A stretch of 63,263 bases of DNA, filler included, from Dugesia japonica (taxonomy: Eukaryota): the NCBI GenBank assembly GCA_001938525.1. It is 6 parts of 6 records of this genome, joined end to end, with 100 filler letters (N's around TTAATTAATTAA, not from the genome) between each part and the next. Parts side by side here need not be neighbours in the genome. Positions count along the whole stretch, not along the records: positions 1 to 8,995 come from MQRL01592610.1; positions 9,096 to 22,917 come from MQRL01540673.1; 4 more parts are not named here. The stretch is one strand, 5' to 3'. A model generated the notes under the pieces. That model saw only the letters and a list, made by a program, of their open reading frames with translations. It was not told the origin of the DNA and did no database searches. Shown here piece after piece: positions 1-12,620 of the stretch (the first letter of the stretch is position 1; every line of letters starts with the position of its first letter). Position numbers and translations under genes: made by a program.

Positions 1-509
1 GTCCATTATGAGCTATTGGAACCTGGTCAAACAGTTGATTCTGTATTCTATTGTGATCAACTTGAAAGATTAAAGCAAGCGATGAAAAAAATCCGGCCAG
101 GTTTAGTTAACAGAAAAGGTGTCGTGTTCCATCACGACAACGCTCGACCACATACCTCTATAATGACTCGCAACAAATTGAAANNNNNNNNNNNNNNNNN
201 NNNNNNNNNNNNNNNNNNNNAGTCCAGACCTAGCACCGTCGGACTACCATTTGTTTTTGTCTCTGCAAAATTTTCTTAATGGAGTTACCATGGCCTCAAG
301 AGAGGACTGCGAAAGGTACCTGGTACAGTTCATCAACCAGAAATCTCAGAAATTCTACTGTGACGATATTATGATTTTACCAGATAAATGGCGAAAGGTG
401 ATCGAACCAAATGGAACATATTTAATTAAATAAAGTATATTTGTTATATGAAAACAAATTGTTTGTTTTTTACTTAAAAAACCGTGGAAACCTTTTAGAT
501 CACCTAATA
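1..509 (+). mobile_element. Mariner (DD34D) transposon, 3' part of transposase plus right TIR
   Basis: Translation shows HHDNARPH, then SPDLAPSDYHLF (agtccagacctagcaccgtcggactaccatttg at 221) and LPDKWRKVIE. A TIR-like end ggaaaccttttagatcacctaa is followed by TA. Confidence 0.92.
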
Positions 510-659
510 TTTCACAAGTAATTGGTTTTTAAATATTACTAACAAAACTTGATTTTTGAAGATCGCCGCCACCTTTACAAAGTTTCATGTGTCTGGCTTT
601 ATTTNNNNNNNNNNNNNNNNNNNNNNNNNNNNNNNNNNNNNNNNNNNNNNNNNNAACAA

Positions 660-774
660 AACTTGATTTTTGAAGATCGCCGCCACCTTTACAAAGTTTC
701 ATGTGTCTGGCTTTATTTTTTTTAAGAGGGTTCTATGACATTTTTCACATGTAAATTTTATTGACTTGGTCATT
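660..774 (-). pseudogene. Small C2HC zinc-finger ORF of the virus-like element
   Basis: Minus strand reads MTKSIKFTCEKCHRTLLKK/NKARHMKLCKGGG with one frameshift in an A-run. The ATG directly follows the capsid stop (TAAAATG). Confidence 0.5.
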
Positions 775-2004
775 TTATTTATTTAAAAATTCAACACCTC
801 TCACATTTTCAACCATTGCAATTTTATTATTTGCTAATTTNNNNNNNNNNNNNNNNNNNNNNNNNNNNNNNNNNNNNNNNNNNNNNNNNNNNNNNNNNNN
901 NNNNNNNNNNNNNNNNNNNNNNNNAACATTATTTATATTTAATCTATCATCTTGAGCTGTTACATCAAAACAGAAAATTGGATATAGTTCACCAAATTCT
1001 TGAAGAGATAATTGAGGTTCTATGAAAAAGTCTTGGCAACATTTTATATAATTTAAATAAGGATAAATCATTTCATTATTTGTCATATCAAATTTACATT
1101 CATTAATTGGATAGTAATTGTTATTTAACTGAATTTGCATAGTTTTTAAATAAAATGTTTTGGTTACATTTTTGCATCAACTTTTGTGGTTTTTGTTTTC
1201 TTTTGAATTAATAAATTATTATTATTTGAAAAAGAAATAACTTCATCTTTTATTACTATAAAAATATATCTTGGTTTATATGAAAGATTGCTAATTTTAT
1301 AAGATGAATAATTTCCAGAATCTAATGACATTTTACCTGTTATTCGATTTAGAAATCCAACTTTAATTGGTTTGTCTGTTGAGATTCTTTCTAAAAGCAT
1401 TAATTCCATTTTAGGTGTTAATCTACATTCTGGGATGTGTAATTCTAATGTTAGCAATTTTATTTTTGGTGTGCCTTCCCCTTTAAATAAAAGTTTATCT
1501 TCTAATTGTCGATTGCAACAAAATTCTATCATTGTATTAAAATTTTGTATGAATCCAAATAAAATTCTTAATGGAAAATACCCTTCAAATTTTTTACTTT
1601 TGTATAATTTTTTTCTTCGGTCTTCATCTAAAACCCATCCTGATAATGGTCCATATATTTGTCTATGAAATAAAATTTAAAATTGTTGATATTGTACCAG
1701 GATCGTTAAAAATTTCTACATCTGGTGCTCCAAGTCTTAATCTCATTGTTTTAAATAAAGACGGAAAAAAATTATTTTCCAAGACTGCAGTTTTATCGGC
1801 TTCATTTTCTGTTTCTATTTTAAAATATAACATTGCATTACAAATGTCTAATGGATTGGTGGATTGTAAAGATTGAAAAAATATATCTCCTCCACCCATC
1901 ATATTATTTATTGAACCGGATGTTGGTGAAAACTTTAAAATATCATGTTTTAATAATACATGAGTAAAAATAATATTATTATCGAGATTTATTTTGGCTT
2001 CCAT
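775..2004 (-). pseudogene. Double-jelly-roll major capsid protein (Polinton/adintovirus/PLV-like), interrupted by stop/frameshifts
   Basis: ORFs 1663-2004, 1164-1532 and 775-1140 join into a ~400 aa protein with LENNFFPSLF..MRLRLG..PGTISTILN, FEGYFPLRILFGF, LELHIP, KPRYIF, QLNNNYYP and LYPIFCFDVTAQ. This matches the motif order of invertebrate DJR capsids. Confidence 0.8.
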
Positions 2005-2199
2005 TTTCTATAGTAATTTTTTAAAGATCTTCTAATAATTTTACCATCTCGTCTGCTCCTCTCCATTTTCTTTTACATTTACCATCACCATCAACAATTA
2101 GCATCACTATTCCAATTCACCCTACTATTCCCATTACAATTCACCCTAATATTCCTATTACTATCCCCAACCTCGTTAATAATAATTTTTTTAATAAGG

Positions 2200-2393
2200 G
2201 GGTTTTTTTCAACTCTATCTTCTAATGAAATAAATCTTCCATTTTAATCTCTTTCCATTAAAGTTTTTGTTGTTCTTTTATTGTAAGGAATTTTTAATTT
2301 AATTAAATATGTTTTTATTGTTTTTTCATTTAATGAATGAAGTTTAAAAAAATCTTTTATTGAATTTTTTTTAAAATTATAATTTTTCATCAT
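2200..2393 (-). pseudogene. Small HTH-like protein, copy 1 (..YLxxLxIPYNK..R.xNGRF family)
   Basis: MMKNYNFKKNSIKDFFKLHSLNEKTIKTYLIKLKIPYNKRTTKTLMERD*NGRF. Homologous to 17887-18207 and 15052-15340. Confidence 0.6.
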
Positions 2394-2937
2394 TGTGTGT
2401 AAAATTGTGTCAGGAATTTTTTTATAATTTTTTAGCTGTTGCTCTAGTTATACTTGTACATGTTAGTGGGACTTTCACACGTTTAGATTTTTCTGTAATT
2501 TTTTCTTTCCTTTCTAAATTATTTTAAAAATTTATAATCTCCTTTTGTGAAAGGCGCTTTCTACCTTCTTTTAATGCAAATGAAAAACTCATGTCTTTAT
2601 ATTCCTTTATTATTTTTTGTTTTGTTTTAGAATTATTTATTAGATCTGCACACGCAACATCCATCTTTTGTGAAATAAAAATTGCTGCTAATGATTTAAA
2701 CGCATTTTTATCTTTTTCTATTATTTTGTTTTCATTTTCATCTACTTTTGTTTACATATTTCTTTTAAATAACCTAAATTTTCTTGTATTATATTTTTTG
2801 TTAATTTATTTTTTCTATATTCTTTAATTTTATCAAAATTATTTTCTTCAATTAAATTATTAATTATATCTAATAAAACATTTAAATCTATTTCTTTTTC
2901 TCGCATCATTTTCTAAACAAAAACATCAGAGAAGATC

Positions 2938-3192
2938 TCAAAGATCTTTTGCAGTTCTATATTTTATACATCTTCTTCGTAAATTAAAATTAAAGTCTTC
3001 ATATGTCATCTTTTCTGGTTTAAGATTTTTATTTAATTTTTTTAATCCTGCATTATGTTCATCTCGCTTTTTTTGTGCAATTTTCTTTAACTCACTATTT
3101 CTTTCAGCTAAAACTGTGGCTATCTCACCCTTACAATCTGCATCTAATAATGCCCCAAAAGAATTTGTCGCTGCTGGTTTAAATAATTTCAT
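2938..3192 (-). CDS. Hypothetical basic protein of the virus-like element
   Basis: 84 aa ORF co-oriented with the capsid. Its C-terminal TYEDFNFNLRRRCIKYRTAKD motif is shared with the ORF starting at ~3535. Confidence 0.45.
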   Translation of the reverse strand: MKLFKPAATNSFGALLDADCKGEIATVLAERNSELKKIAQKKRDEHNAGLKKLNKNLKPEKMTYEDFNFNLRRRCIKYRTAKDL

Positions 3193-3764
3193 TTCTTTTT
3201 CATTTATATATTGTTCTTCAATTTTTTATGTATTTCATCAAGACATGATAAATGTTTATTTACTATCTCCACCGTTATTTTATTTTTTTATAACTTTCAA
3301 TTTCATTTAAATATGCGGCTTCTGCACCTTTTAAATTATTAAATGTATTAAAAACTGCTTCTAGCCCAACCACATTTTTTTCATTGTCATTTTTTTAAGG
3401 AATAATTTTAATATTATTTTTCTAAAAATTCTGAAGTCTCTTTTGCCCCTCTCCATTTTCTAGTTCTTGGTTGTAATTGAAAACCAAACTCTTCATAAGT
3501 TAACTTTTTTACAACCTCTTTTTTTCGCGCTTCCATTTTCTAATAGAATAATTTAGTTATTAAATATTTTTGTTGTTGCGTAGAAACCCTGGTTTTAGTT
3601 TAGTTTTTTCCAATACACTAAAAATATGAAAACTAGTAACATGGGTTTTTAAAATTAATCTCACAAGCAGCTTCAGATTTTGCACATTTAGATTCAATGT
3701 CATGACGGAAAATGCGCGATTACATTTTTTACATTCCATTTTATAAATGAAAAATTTCTCATTT

Positions 3765-4015
3765 TTCTCATTTTTCATAAAAAATGAAATTTTTCATTTT
3801 TCATAGTTTATAAAAAATCCCACATTTTCATTTTTCAAAAAAAATTGGAAATCGGAAAATTTTCATTTTTCATAAAAAATCAAAAATCGGAAAATTTTCA
3901 TTTTTCATAAAAAATCGAAAATCGGAAAATTTTCATTTTTCATGGTTTATAAAAAATCACGCATTTTCATTTTTCATAAAAAATCGAAAATCGGAAAATT
4001 TTCATTTTTCATTTT
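3765..4015. repeat. Subterminal tandem repeat, ~35 bp unit aatcggaaaattttcatttttcataaaaaatc(a/g)aa
   Basis: Several adjacent near-identical copies just inside an AGTAG terminus at 4064. Confidence 0.85.
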
Positions 4016-4029
4016 TTTTACCTTTTTAC

Positions 4030-4064
4030 CTTAGGTCGCTTATCCCCGGTTATATCCATCTACT
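4030..4064 (-). mobile_element. Polinton-type terminus (5'-AGTAGATGG...)
   Basis: Minus strand starts AGTAGATGGATATAACCGGGG, next to the tandem repeats and the capsid gene cluster. Confidence 0.5.
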
Positions 4065-7000
4065 GTTAGGGCATGTCACCATTTCACAAGTTTTACCCAA
4101 TATCTCATCTTTACTTTTACCAAAGAAAGCTGATGAAAAGGAAAGTAAATAACGCATAATGAGAAGATTATCTCTTGAGTTTATATTTATAAATTGGAAG
4201 CTTATTTTTGAGGGATTTCAATAAAAGAATTCTAAATTTGTTATGATGAAGATCAACATATTTTGTTGACTGAAATATTGATTACATTATTAGAAGAGTT
4301 GAAAACGTTCATTGTTGATTTTAAGGAGTTTTTGAATTCATGAAATATTTAATAAAAAATAAAGATAAAGATTTAATTTGTTTGTTAAAAAATACAACTT
4401 TGAATTCCTTAAAAAACAAATCATTTTTTGACAATCTTAATTTTATCAACTTTATATTTATTAAATCTGTAAAAAGCAATGGCAATTGCCTAATAAATAA
4501 AATTACTTTATATTCAAATAAAATTCTTCATTATTATAGAGATAAAAACATTTTTCTTTGAATATAAAATAATTTCTTTTCATTAAAAAATTTTTATACT
4601 TTTTCAATTTAAAAAATTAATAATTATAATTATAGTCATCTTATATTCAGTATAATCTCTTTAATCTTTGTTTAAATAATTTAGACTGAATAAACTCATT
4701 TTTCCCCATTTTTTTCTGATGATGAAGGTTGATTCATCGAAATATATAACAATAAATATTTATATTTATTCTTTACATTTAAATCTATTTTTTTATATTT
4801 AATACTTTTATTTAATATTTTATTTAAATATTTATTTTAAAAGGTTTATTTATTTATTTTAAAAGCAGTTGACAAAGAGAAATACAATATAAGTTTTGTA
4901 AGTTTCTAGATAAACTAAATCAATCTTAGTGGAAATTGTTCTCAAAACAAAACATTAAATTTATAAATTATTTTTTATAAAATAAGTTGATATTTTTAAC
5001 TAATTTAATAAAAGCAACTCTATTTGTCGAGAAAAAATTTAATTGAAATATCAACTTTTACTACCTGCTTACTTTTAATTAAAAAAAATTCTATTAATAA
5101 ATGAAATTGACTTAAAATCTTTCTTTTATTTATTTGTAAAAATTATATTCCATTAATATTTAGTTAATAATTTCCCTAATTAATTAATTTACTCAATTTT
5201 TTTCATTTATATTTAAAAATATTTTTTTTGATTAACCTCCATTCAGATTATTAAAAATATTCATGATTTGTTGACAGAATAACAGCGGTGTTTTCAAAAA
5301 AAAAATTACGAAATTTATTTATAAATTCCAAATTAATTTTTTATAAATTCAGGAAATTAAAATAAATTGAATTGCCTGTATTGTTCTTTAAATTTTCAAA
5401 GGAAATTCAATGAAATTAGCTCTAATGCTTGTAATGAAAATCATCTGATAAATATATATTATTGAATGAGTTCATAAACATTTTTATAACAGTAAAATGT
5501 TGAAAGTGATTGCTAAACAATATTTTAAATAAATAATATTTTAAATAAACAATATTTTAAATAAACAATGTTTTACATAAACAATTTTTAAATTTTCAAA
5601 TATTAACAAACCAATATGAAAAATATTTTGTAGAAAGTATAAATTTTTATCATATTATTTATTTATTAAACATTGAGAAAATAAATTACGCTAAAATTTA
5701 CTTGTCAAAATGTAAAATTTGTAATGAATTAATTGTAGTGCTATTAATAGTTTGTCTTGATCGTCATAGTTATACAAACATTCGTAGATCTAAACTGAGA
5801 ATGCACCAGCATTCAATAAATAAAGCTCGAAAAATATCATAAAGAAAATAAATGTATAATAAATATAGTTTTAAAATTTTGTGTGTGGAGAGACGACGTC
5901 ATCTTTTTGTTTAAATGTATCAAAATTAGTGATTCATGTTTAAATGAAGGGATTTTATGATTTTTGTTTGAATTCAGTTGAATTAATGACTTTTTGTTAA
6001 TTGATGTTTACGATTTCTGGGTTAAACTAAAAACCTTAACCGTTTTTAAGGTTTTCATGAGTTTGCTTATTTTTGTTTAAGTTAACTAAAGGTTTTAATT
6101 TTTTAAAGTGAATTTTCCACGGGCAATATTAACAATAGATGCATCCAGGCAATATTAATACAATAAGCAATAACATACAAAAAGCAAATCAAAACACGAA
6201 ATTTATTGACGATAATAACAGTCATTTCATTATAGACTCATAGTCATTTCAATTTGGATCTTCATTGAATATCGAATCTTAATGAAAATTAATAATTTCA
6301 AATAACAAATAAATTTATTACCTTACATTGATTGGACTGAATCAGAGCCTTATTTATTACAAGTCAAAATTTAATATGTGTTGTCGGTTATAAAGAAGTC
6401 AAAATAGAGTTTCTAAAATATATGTTATATCAATATAACATCATCGGCTTCTATATATATTGTTTTAGAATCCATCAGTCTTGGAGATATCTAAGAAAAT
6501 ATATTATGGGACTAAAACAAATAAATCAACGTACCTGACATGCACTCATACAATCAAACATAATAAATTTATACGAGCGTTGAGAGATGATTGTGTAATC
6601 ATCTCACAATGTCCATATGGAATGGTAGAGTATTTATTTATCCATTCTATTTTATCGTCATTGTTACCTTTGTTGTTCTAAAACTATCCAATTGAAATCA
6701 TTATAATGTGTTCAATTTTTGTGTCATGAAATACAATTTTAGTGTAATGGATATTGAATATTAAATTTTGATTTTCTATTAATTTTTAATGTTTGGTTTA
6801 GAATCCAGTGTGATGGATTATAATGTTAACATTCTGACTATTAGATATTAAGTGCTGACTGTTAATTCTTATATTTCATTAAAATAAATTAATAGGTTCA
6901 ATCAAATTAAATTGTGGTTTTAAATATATTCAAATTTTCGATGATTGTCTTCTTCAGAAATATGATGACTTTTTGATGGATTTAATAGATAGTAGAACAT

Positions 7001-7923
7001 TGTTACAAAATTGTTTATATTTTATTAAAATTTTATTGGTTTATTTAAAATATAAATTTTGTTTTAAATTTAATCTCAAAATTTTTAATTAAATTGAAAT
7101 TTTTTAGATGTTAAATTATTAAAATACAACTAATAATTAAATATCTAAAGATTTTCCATTTAATTAATTATTTTGTCTATCCATTGTCTAAAGAACTTAT
7201 AATGAAAAATGCTTCGTTCAGGAAATAATACACAATTGTATAATTAATAATAAATTGTAATTATAATTAAAATAACAATAACTGTTAAAACATTTTTATA
7301 CTTTTAAACTCATTATATATTTCGGAAAATATTCATTCAAAACTTCTGAAAATACTCCCTAATTATAAAAATTATGAAAATACTCCCTAATTATGAAAAT
7401 ACTCCCAATTATTGTTACCAACGGAATCTAATTAGCCAATGTTACCAAATATAATATCAAAATCTTGTTTAAAGTTTTCTATTAAAATTTTCAATAATTA
7501 TTTTCTCGGTGAAGAATTATCACATAAGGTTGAATTTCCTATCAATATTATTAGAATTAAAGGTTTTTTATTTGTTGTATATGATTTGTTATATAAATAT
7601 AAAATATAAAAGTACTAAATAAAAAAGATAAAGGTACTAGGCATTGGATCACTTTAACTTTGGCCATAAATTTTCTCAGTCAAAACTAATTGTATGAACG
7701 AAACTAGTGTCATTAAACTCAAAATTAAAAACTATCTATATATTGTCTAAAGGACTTTTAGCTAAAACTGCTTGATTCTCAAAATAAATAAAAAGGATTG
7801 ATTATATCAGAAATTATAATTTTAATTTAAAATCATAAAAATCAGAATAAAAAACTGTTTAAATATTGCTTAATGAACTACTATCAAAAAACTATAAAAA
7901 TATTTTCACGTTTTTCTATCATT

Positions 7924-8240
7924 AGTAGGTAGATAGTAGCGCACTAGATCATCCCCCCTAGATAAAGAACTTTTATAACAAAGAAGATGAGTCATAAGTA
8001 TGACTAATCGGAGACTAGAACAAAGTCAATGACTCATCGGGATGACTCGTCGATGATTAAAAACAAAGGCGATGACTCATAATGATGACTCATCACTGAC
8101 TAGAACAAAGACAATGACTCATCGATCATGACTCATCGATTTTCTAGATCATGATTAATCGATTTTCTAGATCAATATGACTCATAGTTTTTTCTAGATC
8201 ACGACTCATCGTTTTTCTAGATCAGAGTGACTCATCGATT
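7924..8240 (+). mobile_element. Polinton-type terminus with subterminal TGACTCA array
   Basis: AGTAGGTAGATAGTAGCGCACTAGATC start, nearly identical to 31049. Contains 8 exact TGA(C/G)TCA plus about 4 variants. Confidence 0.65.
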
Positions 8241-9038
8241 TTTTAAAAAAAAATTTTTTAGCATTTTTTTTTCTTAAAAATTTTCAAAATTTTTTTTTAT
8301 TAATTAAACAAATAAAGAGAAACAAAAAAGTCTGTTTAAATAAACATTTATTAATAATATAATTACATTAATTTCTTTTAAACACAGATGTCAATATTGT
8401 CATAGCAGCATATTTAATTCTTCTTCGTGTCTCCAATTTATCTTTAATTTTCTTCGTGAATACTGATCGGACAATAAGTTCAACATAGTCATGTTTACTC
8501 ATTGGACCATTATCAAGCTCGGTTAGGATTTGAATTTNNNNNNNNNNNNNNNNNNNNNNNNNNNNNNNCAATTTCTTAATTTCTTTTTCCAAATAATTCA
8601 TGTTGAGAATAATTTTGAATTATAAAATAAAATTTATTTTACGAAAACTGCTGCTTTTATACTTGCTAAGATACATACATACACGTTATTTGCTAGTTTA
8701 TATTAGTTGTTACCTTTTTGTAACAAATGCTTTGTTTAACTTGCTGTGGTTTTGCATTAATGTTGCACTTAAATATATTAAACAAGGAATTACTAATCAA
8801 AATATATTAATAATCAAAGTAACACATTTTCAAACAATAAAATAAATATATACAAACTTTAATTGACAACATTTAGTATAAAAGCTAAAACATTTAAAAA
8901 ATTTTCATTATTTTCATATGTAATCGGTTGTTACTTTAACAAAAAATAATGTTATGTCTATTATAGTAGATTATGGAAAACCTACTGAATTTCATNNNNN
9001 NNNNNNNNNNNNNNNNNNNNNNNNNNNNNNNNNNNNNN

Positions 9039-9052
9039 NTTAATTAATTAAN
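9039..9052. other. Artificial contig linker TTAATTAATTAA inside an N-run (also at ~22962, ~35574, ~43953, ~54082)
   Basis: An identical all-frame-stop 12-mer is flanked by N runs five times. Confidence 0.95.
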
Positions 9053-10098
9053 NNNNNNNNNNNNNNNNNNNNNNNNNNNNNNNNNNNNNNNNNNNTTCCT
9101 TGAAAAATATAATCAAATAAATAACATGTTTGAAATGATTATAGAATTTACAAATAAAGTTTAAAACATGTACAGTTTCAGTTAGAAGAGTAAATGTATA
9201 TCCGAACTAATACAATAATCAAGCTTGTTATTATCAATAAACAACAGTCCACTGTATTAGATATAAACAATTTGTAACCGGTCAATCAACCTCACACCCC
9301 AATTTTTTACATGTAAACAGAATTCTTAGATTTTGTACCATCGGGTAAATTTCAATTTAATTTGTGATGCAACCAATAAAACTGAATTTACCGAAGTATT
9401 ACGATGAAAATNNNNNNNNNNNNNNNNNNNNNNNNAAAAAAAATAACATGAAATAATTTTCATCTAATTGAATTTAAAATTTAATTACAAAACACAAATA
9501 AAATTCAACTTGGATACTTTGCGCTTGACAACTAAGTTTACTATCTGAGGAAACTCATCGAAATCCTCCGCTCAGGACCTATGCTGGGTGTAGACAAACG
9601 CATGAAAACGATTGTAGAAATACTCATGAGAATAGAAAATATTTCATTCCCCATATGTCGAACTTAGAATTCGACGAAAACTCTTTGAAGGCCTTCTACG
9701 AGCGATTTGACTTTTAAAAACAGTCTTTAATCACAGTTATGTACTGTGAGAACTCTGCAAAATAGCGTTGAGGAATTTAATAGAATACTAATAAGAACTC
9801 AAAAGGGATTAATGTTTCAAAGGCACGATTCACACTTATGGATAAAGCGGAAATTATCAATAGAAATTTTTATTATGTGTGGCGAAAATTTAGAGATTGG
9901 CTAATAAAATTATTATTCTACAAATTAATATTCAAATGTAGGACAAGACTTTACAGAAATTTTAATCTCAATGAAGATTTCTTAATGAAATTTGGGAATA
10001 ATTAATGCAAAACTTTCAATTGTTACGTTGCTAGAATATATGTGCTTTGCATGGGGTGCAAACGAGACAGGTGCTAGGCGACATACATAATTTTATAG

Positions 10099-10391
10099 CA
10101 GTGGTTCTTAATCTGGGGTGCGAGAGAAATTTCAAAAATTAAAGAAATACGAACGAGACGACCGTGTTTTCTACAAACCATGGTACACACCAACATGTCA
10201 CACCCAATTCTACACTATCTACTGTCTCTCAGCACATCACCAGTTATATGGTGATATGTATTGTAAATTTATTCATTTGTTAATGCAATGATTTTTCTTG
10301 NAATAAANANTAAAACACATTTTTAAGCGGGGGCGGGAGCTTATTTCAGACTCAAGGGTGAGCTGACCACTAATAAGGTTAAGAACGACCG
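10099..10391. mobile_element. hAT (Buster/Charlie-type) MITE
   Basis: TIRs cagtggttcttaatct / aggttaagaacgaccg. Flanking 8-mers ttttatag / ttttataa form a 7/8 TSD. Confidence 0.75.
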
Positions 10392-10624
10392 TTTTATAAC
10401 TGCTATAACTTAATGGAATTATTTTATACACACAAAAACATACAAATAAACATCGTTCGACGCGAACCACATTTCTTGAATCAATAATCAAATGTTGAAA
10501 TTGATAACGAAGAGTGTTTTAGAACATTTTTTAATGACCATCGTTCATATCAGCAATTAAATAAATTGTATAAAAAATTCGCACAAGATTTTAATAAATT
10601 TGGAATAAATTGACCGAAAAAAGT

Positions 10625-11600
10625 CTAGACGATTAAACTACACTTGTCAATGAAATTATAACCATCTATATTTTCTCCAGGTTTGGTAATCAAAATGGTT
10701 TTATAATCCCTCCAGATATCCGGAGTGCAACCAGTTTCGTAGATCTTGGAGAATAGGAAGTAAAGAATACTAGCAAGTGGGTCTATTTTTTCAAGAACTT
10801 TGTAGTTGATTTTATCTTGTCCAGGAGCAGAGGAATTGGAGGTATCTTTGAGGACATCAAGGATTTGAGTCTCGGAAAGAATAGCAAATAACAACAACTA
10901 CGAATTCTCTATCTCCATCAAGACCCCCAAAGAGAATCTAAACGTATAGCAAACTAACTACAGGAAAACTTTGTGCCCAATGCGACAAAGAAATGCGACT
11001 GGCGGAACACTTTGCAAAGCTATTTAGCGTCCCGCCTGGCTGCCGAAGAACAATAGTGGATGAGAATGGATAACGGACATCCTTACCTGACACCGTTTGT
11101 GATGGGAATACGGTCAATAACGTTGTTGTTTATGATGATATTAGTGTAGTTTTAATGGTAGAGATTCTTAATTAAGTTAATGCCAAAATTATCCATATCG
11201 TGTTTAGAGAGGATTTCAGTGATGTAGTGGATTGAAACATTTCCAAAAGCATCCGAGATGTCGAGGACGCAAAAATGGAGGTTGGTTTCATAATTTTTTG
11301 CCTTTTCGATAAGAGACAAAGCGAGGTTATGCTCTGTACAGATTTCAGCGGGGCTACAGCATTTTTGCTTTCTGTGTAGGAGATTACTTGAACGAAGCCA
11401 TTCATGAAACTGGTTGCATAAGCCGACTGTGAAGATTTTGTAAGTAGTGCTTAAAAGTGCAATTGGTCTCCAGTTTTCAATAAAATTATAACCATCTATA
11501 TTCTTTCCAGGTTTGGGAACCAAAATGGTTTTATAAATCCTCCAGATATCCTGAGTGTAACCAGTTTCGAAGATCTCGGAGAATAGGAAGTAAAGAAAAC
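10625..11600 (-). mobile_element. Non-LTR retrotransposon RT fragments (RLE-type, R2/R4/NeSL-like), rearranged
   Basis: SAPGQDKI, NWRPIALLSTTYKIF, QK...CTEHN, LDISDAFGNV and GVR*GCPLS. The segment ~10645-10770 is duplicated at ~11475-11600. Confidence 0.85.
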
Positions 11601-12229
11601 CAAAAAATGGTGTAATTTTCTATATTGACAAAACTGTATGAAAAAAGACTTCTCAAAAGCTTGCTTACAGTTTTAATTTTAATTCACTATAAAACTTACG
11701 AAACAACAACTTAGTACTCGCTCTTATTGTTACATGGCATCAACTCGCAGTCTCTATTTACCCAAAGTGATTACTGAATGATAACACAAACATCCATTTT
11801 TCGATTTTTAAAAGAACGTTAATTGTTTTCACTAGGGCGGTTGCCTCGCTCTAACGCCGAGCCTGGGTGGAAAAGTAGTTCTACAGTACTATTACATACG
11901 TGAAATTAATTGCACATTAAATAATTTGGATTCATTAATCATATTTTATCGTACCTGATAAAAATCCACATATTTTTATATTAGTTTTTTTTAAAAAAAT
12001 TTTTCTAGTTAAAGCATAATTTAACAAAGACCGGTGAACTTTTTCGGACGAGTAGCGCAAATGTACTTTAAAATAATAGTGGAAGACTAATAATTGTGAG
12101 CGTGTGATAGATTAATGAAGGGGAACCTTTAAAATGATCCAGCAACAAGTTCAACTTATTTAACATTTCTCAATGTGAATTGGGAAAATTTTTGCAGTGT
12201 AGTTTGCAAGTGAATAACCCCATGGAAGT

Positions 12230-12620
12230 GGAAGGTATTGAAGACAACAGCCAAGAAATAGTTGTGGAAATAGACGAAAGTAAATTTTAGTGGCCGCCAG
12301 GACATTTGGTATTTAGTGGAACATGGTAGCGGCAAATCAGTGACAGATCAGCTGAGACTCTATTTACAATCGTACAGAAATTTATTCTACTAGACAGCTT
12401 CACATTAACCAATCAGATTGTAGGTGTGGCGGTTATCATAACTTTGTCAATATGATTAGTAAACCATTCCCAGAACTTCTTTGATACGAATGATTTGGAT
12501 ATCAATACAAGAAACGTTGACAACTTGTGTATGCGGAGTAAACGAAAACTACGGCAATTTGCAAGTGTGAAGGTCTATTTCCATCATCATACATGCTCGA
12601 ATTCATATGTTCGAGTTTCC
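12230..12620 (+). mobile_element. Merlin/IS1595-like transposase remnant
   Basis: VVEIDESKF (gttgtggaaatagacgaaagtaaattt at 12261), GHLVFSG and RSAETLFTIVQKFIL. Confidence 0.7.

Noticed and set aside
541-720. Direct repeat across an N gap (also 29521/29618 and ~44325/44414)
   Set aside because: Identical sequence on both sides of a gap is typical of unmerged contig overlaps.
2055-3465. AGAAAATGG at ~2065 and ~3455 as additional gene starts
   Set aside because: Better explained as R-K-W codons of the RKWRGA motif within ORFs.
7985-8240. Repeat-spacer-like array resembling CRISPR
   Set aside because: The units are short and irregular with no unique spacers, there are no cas genes, and the context is eukaryotic.
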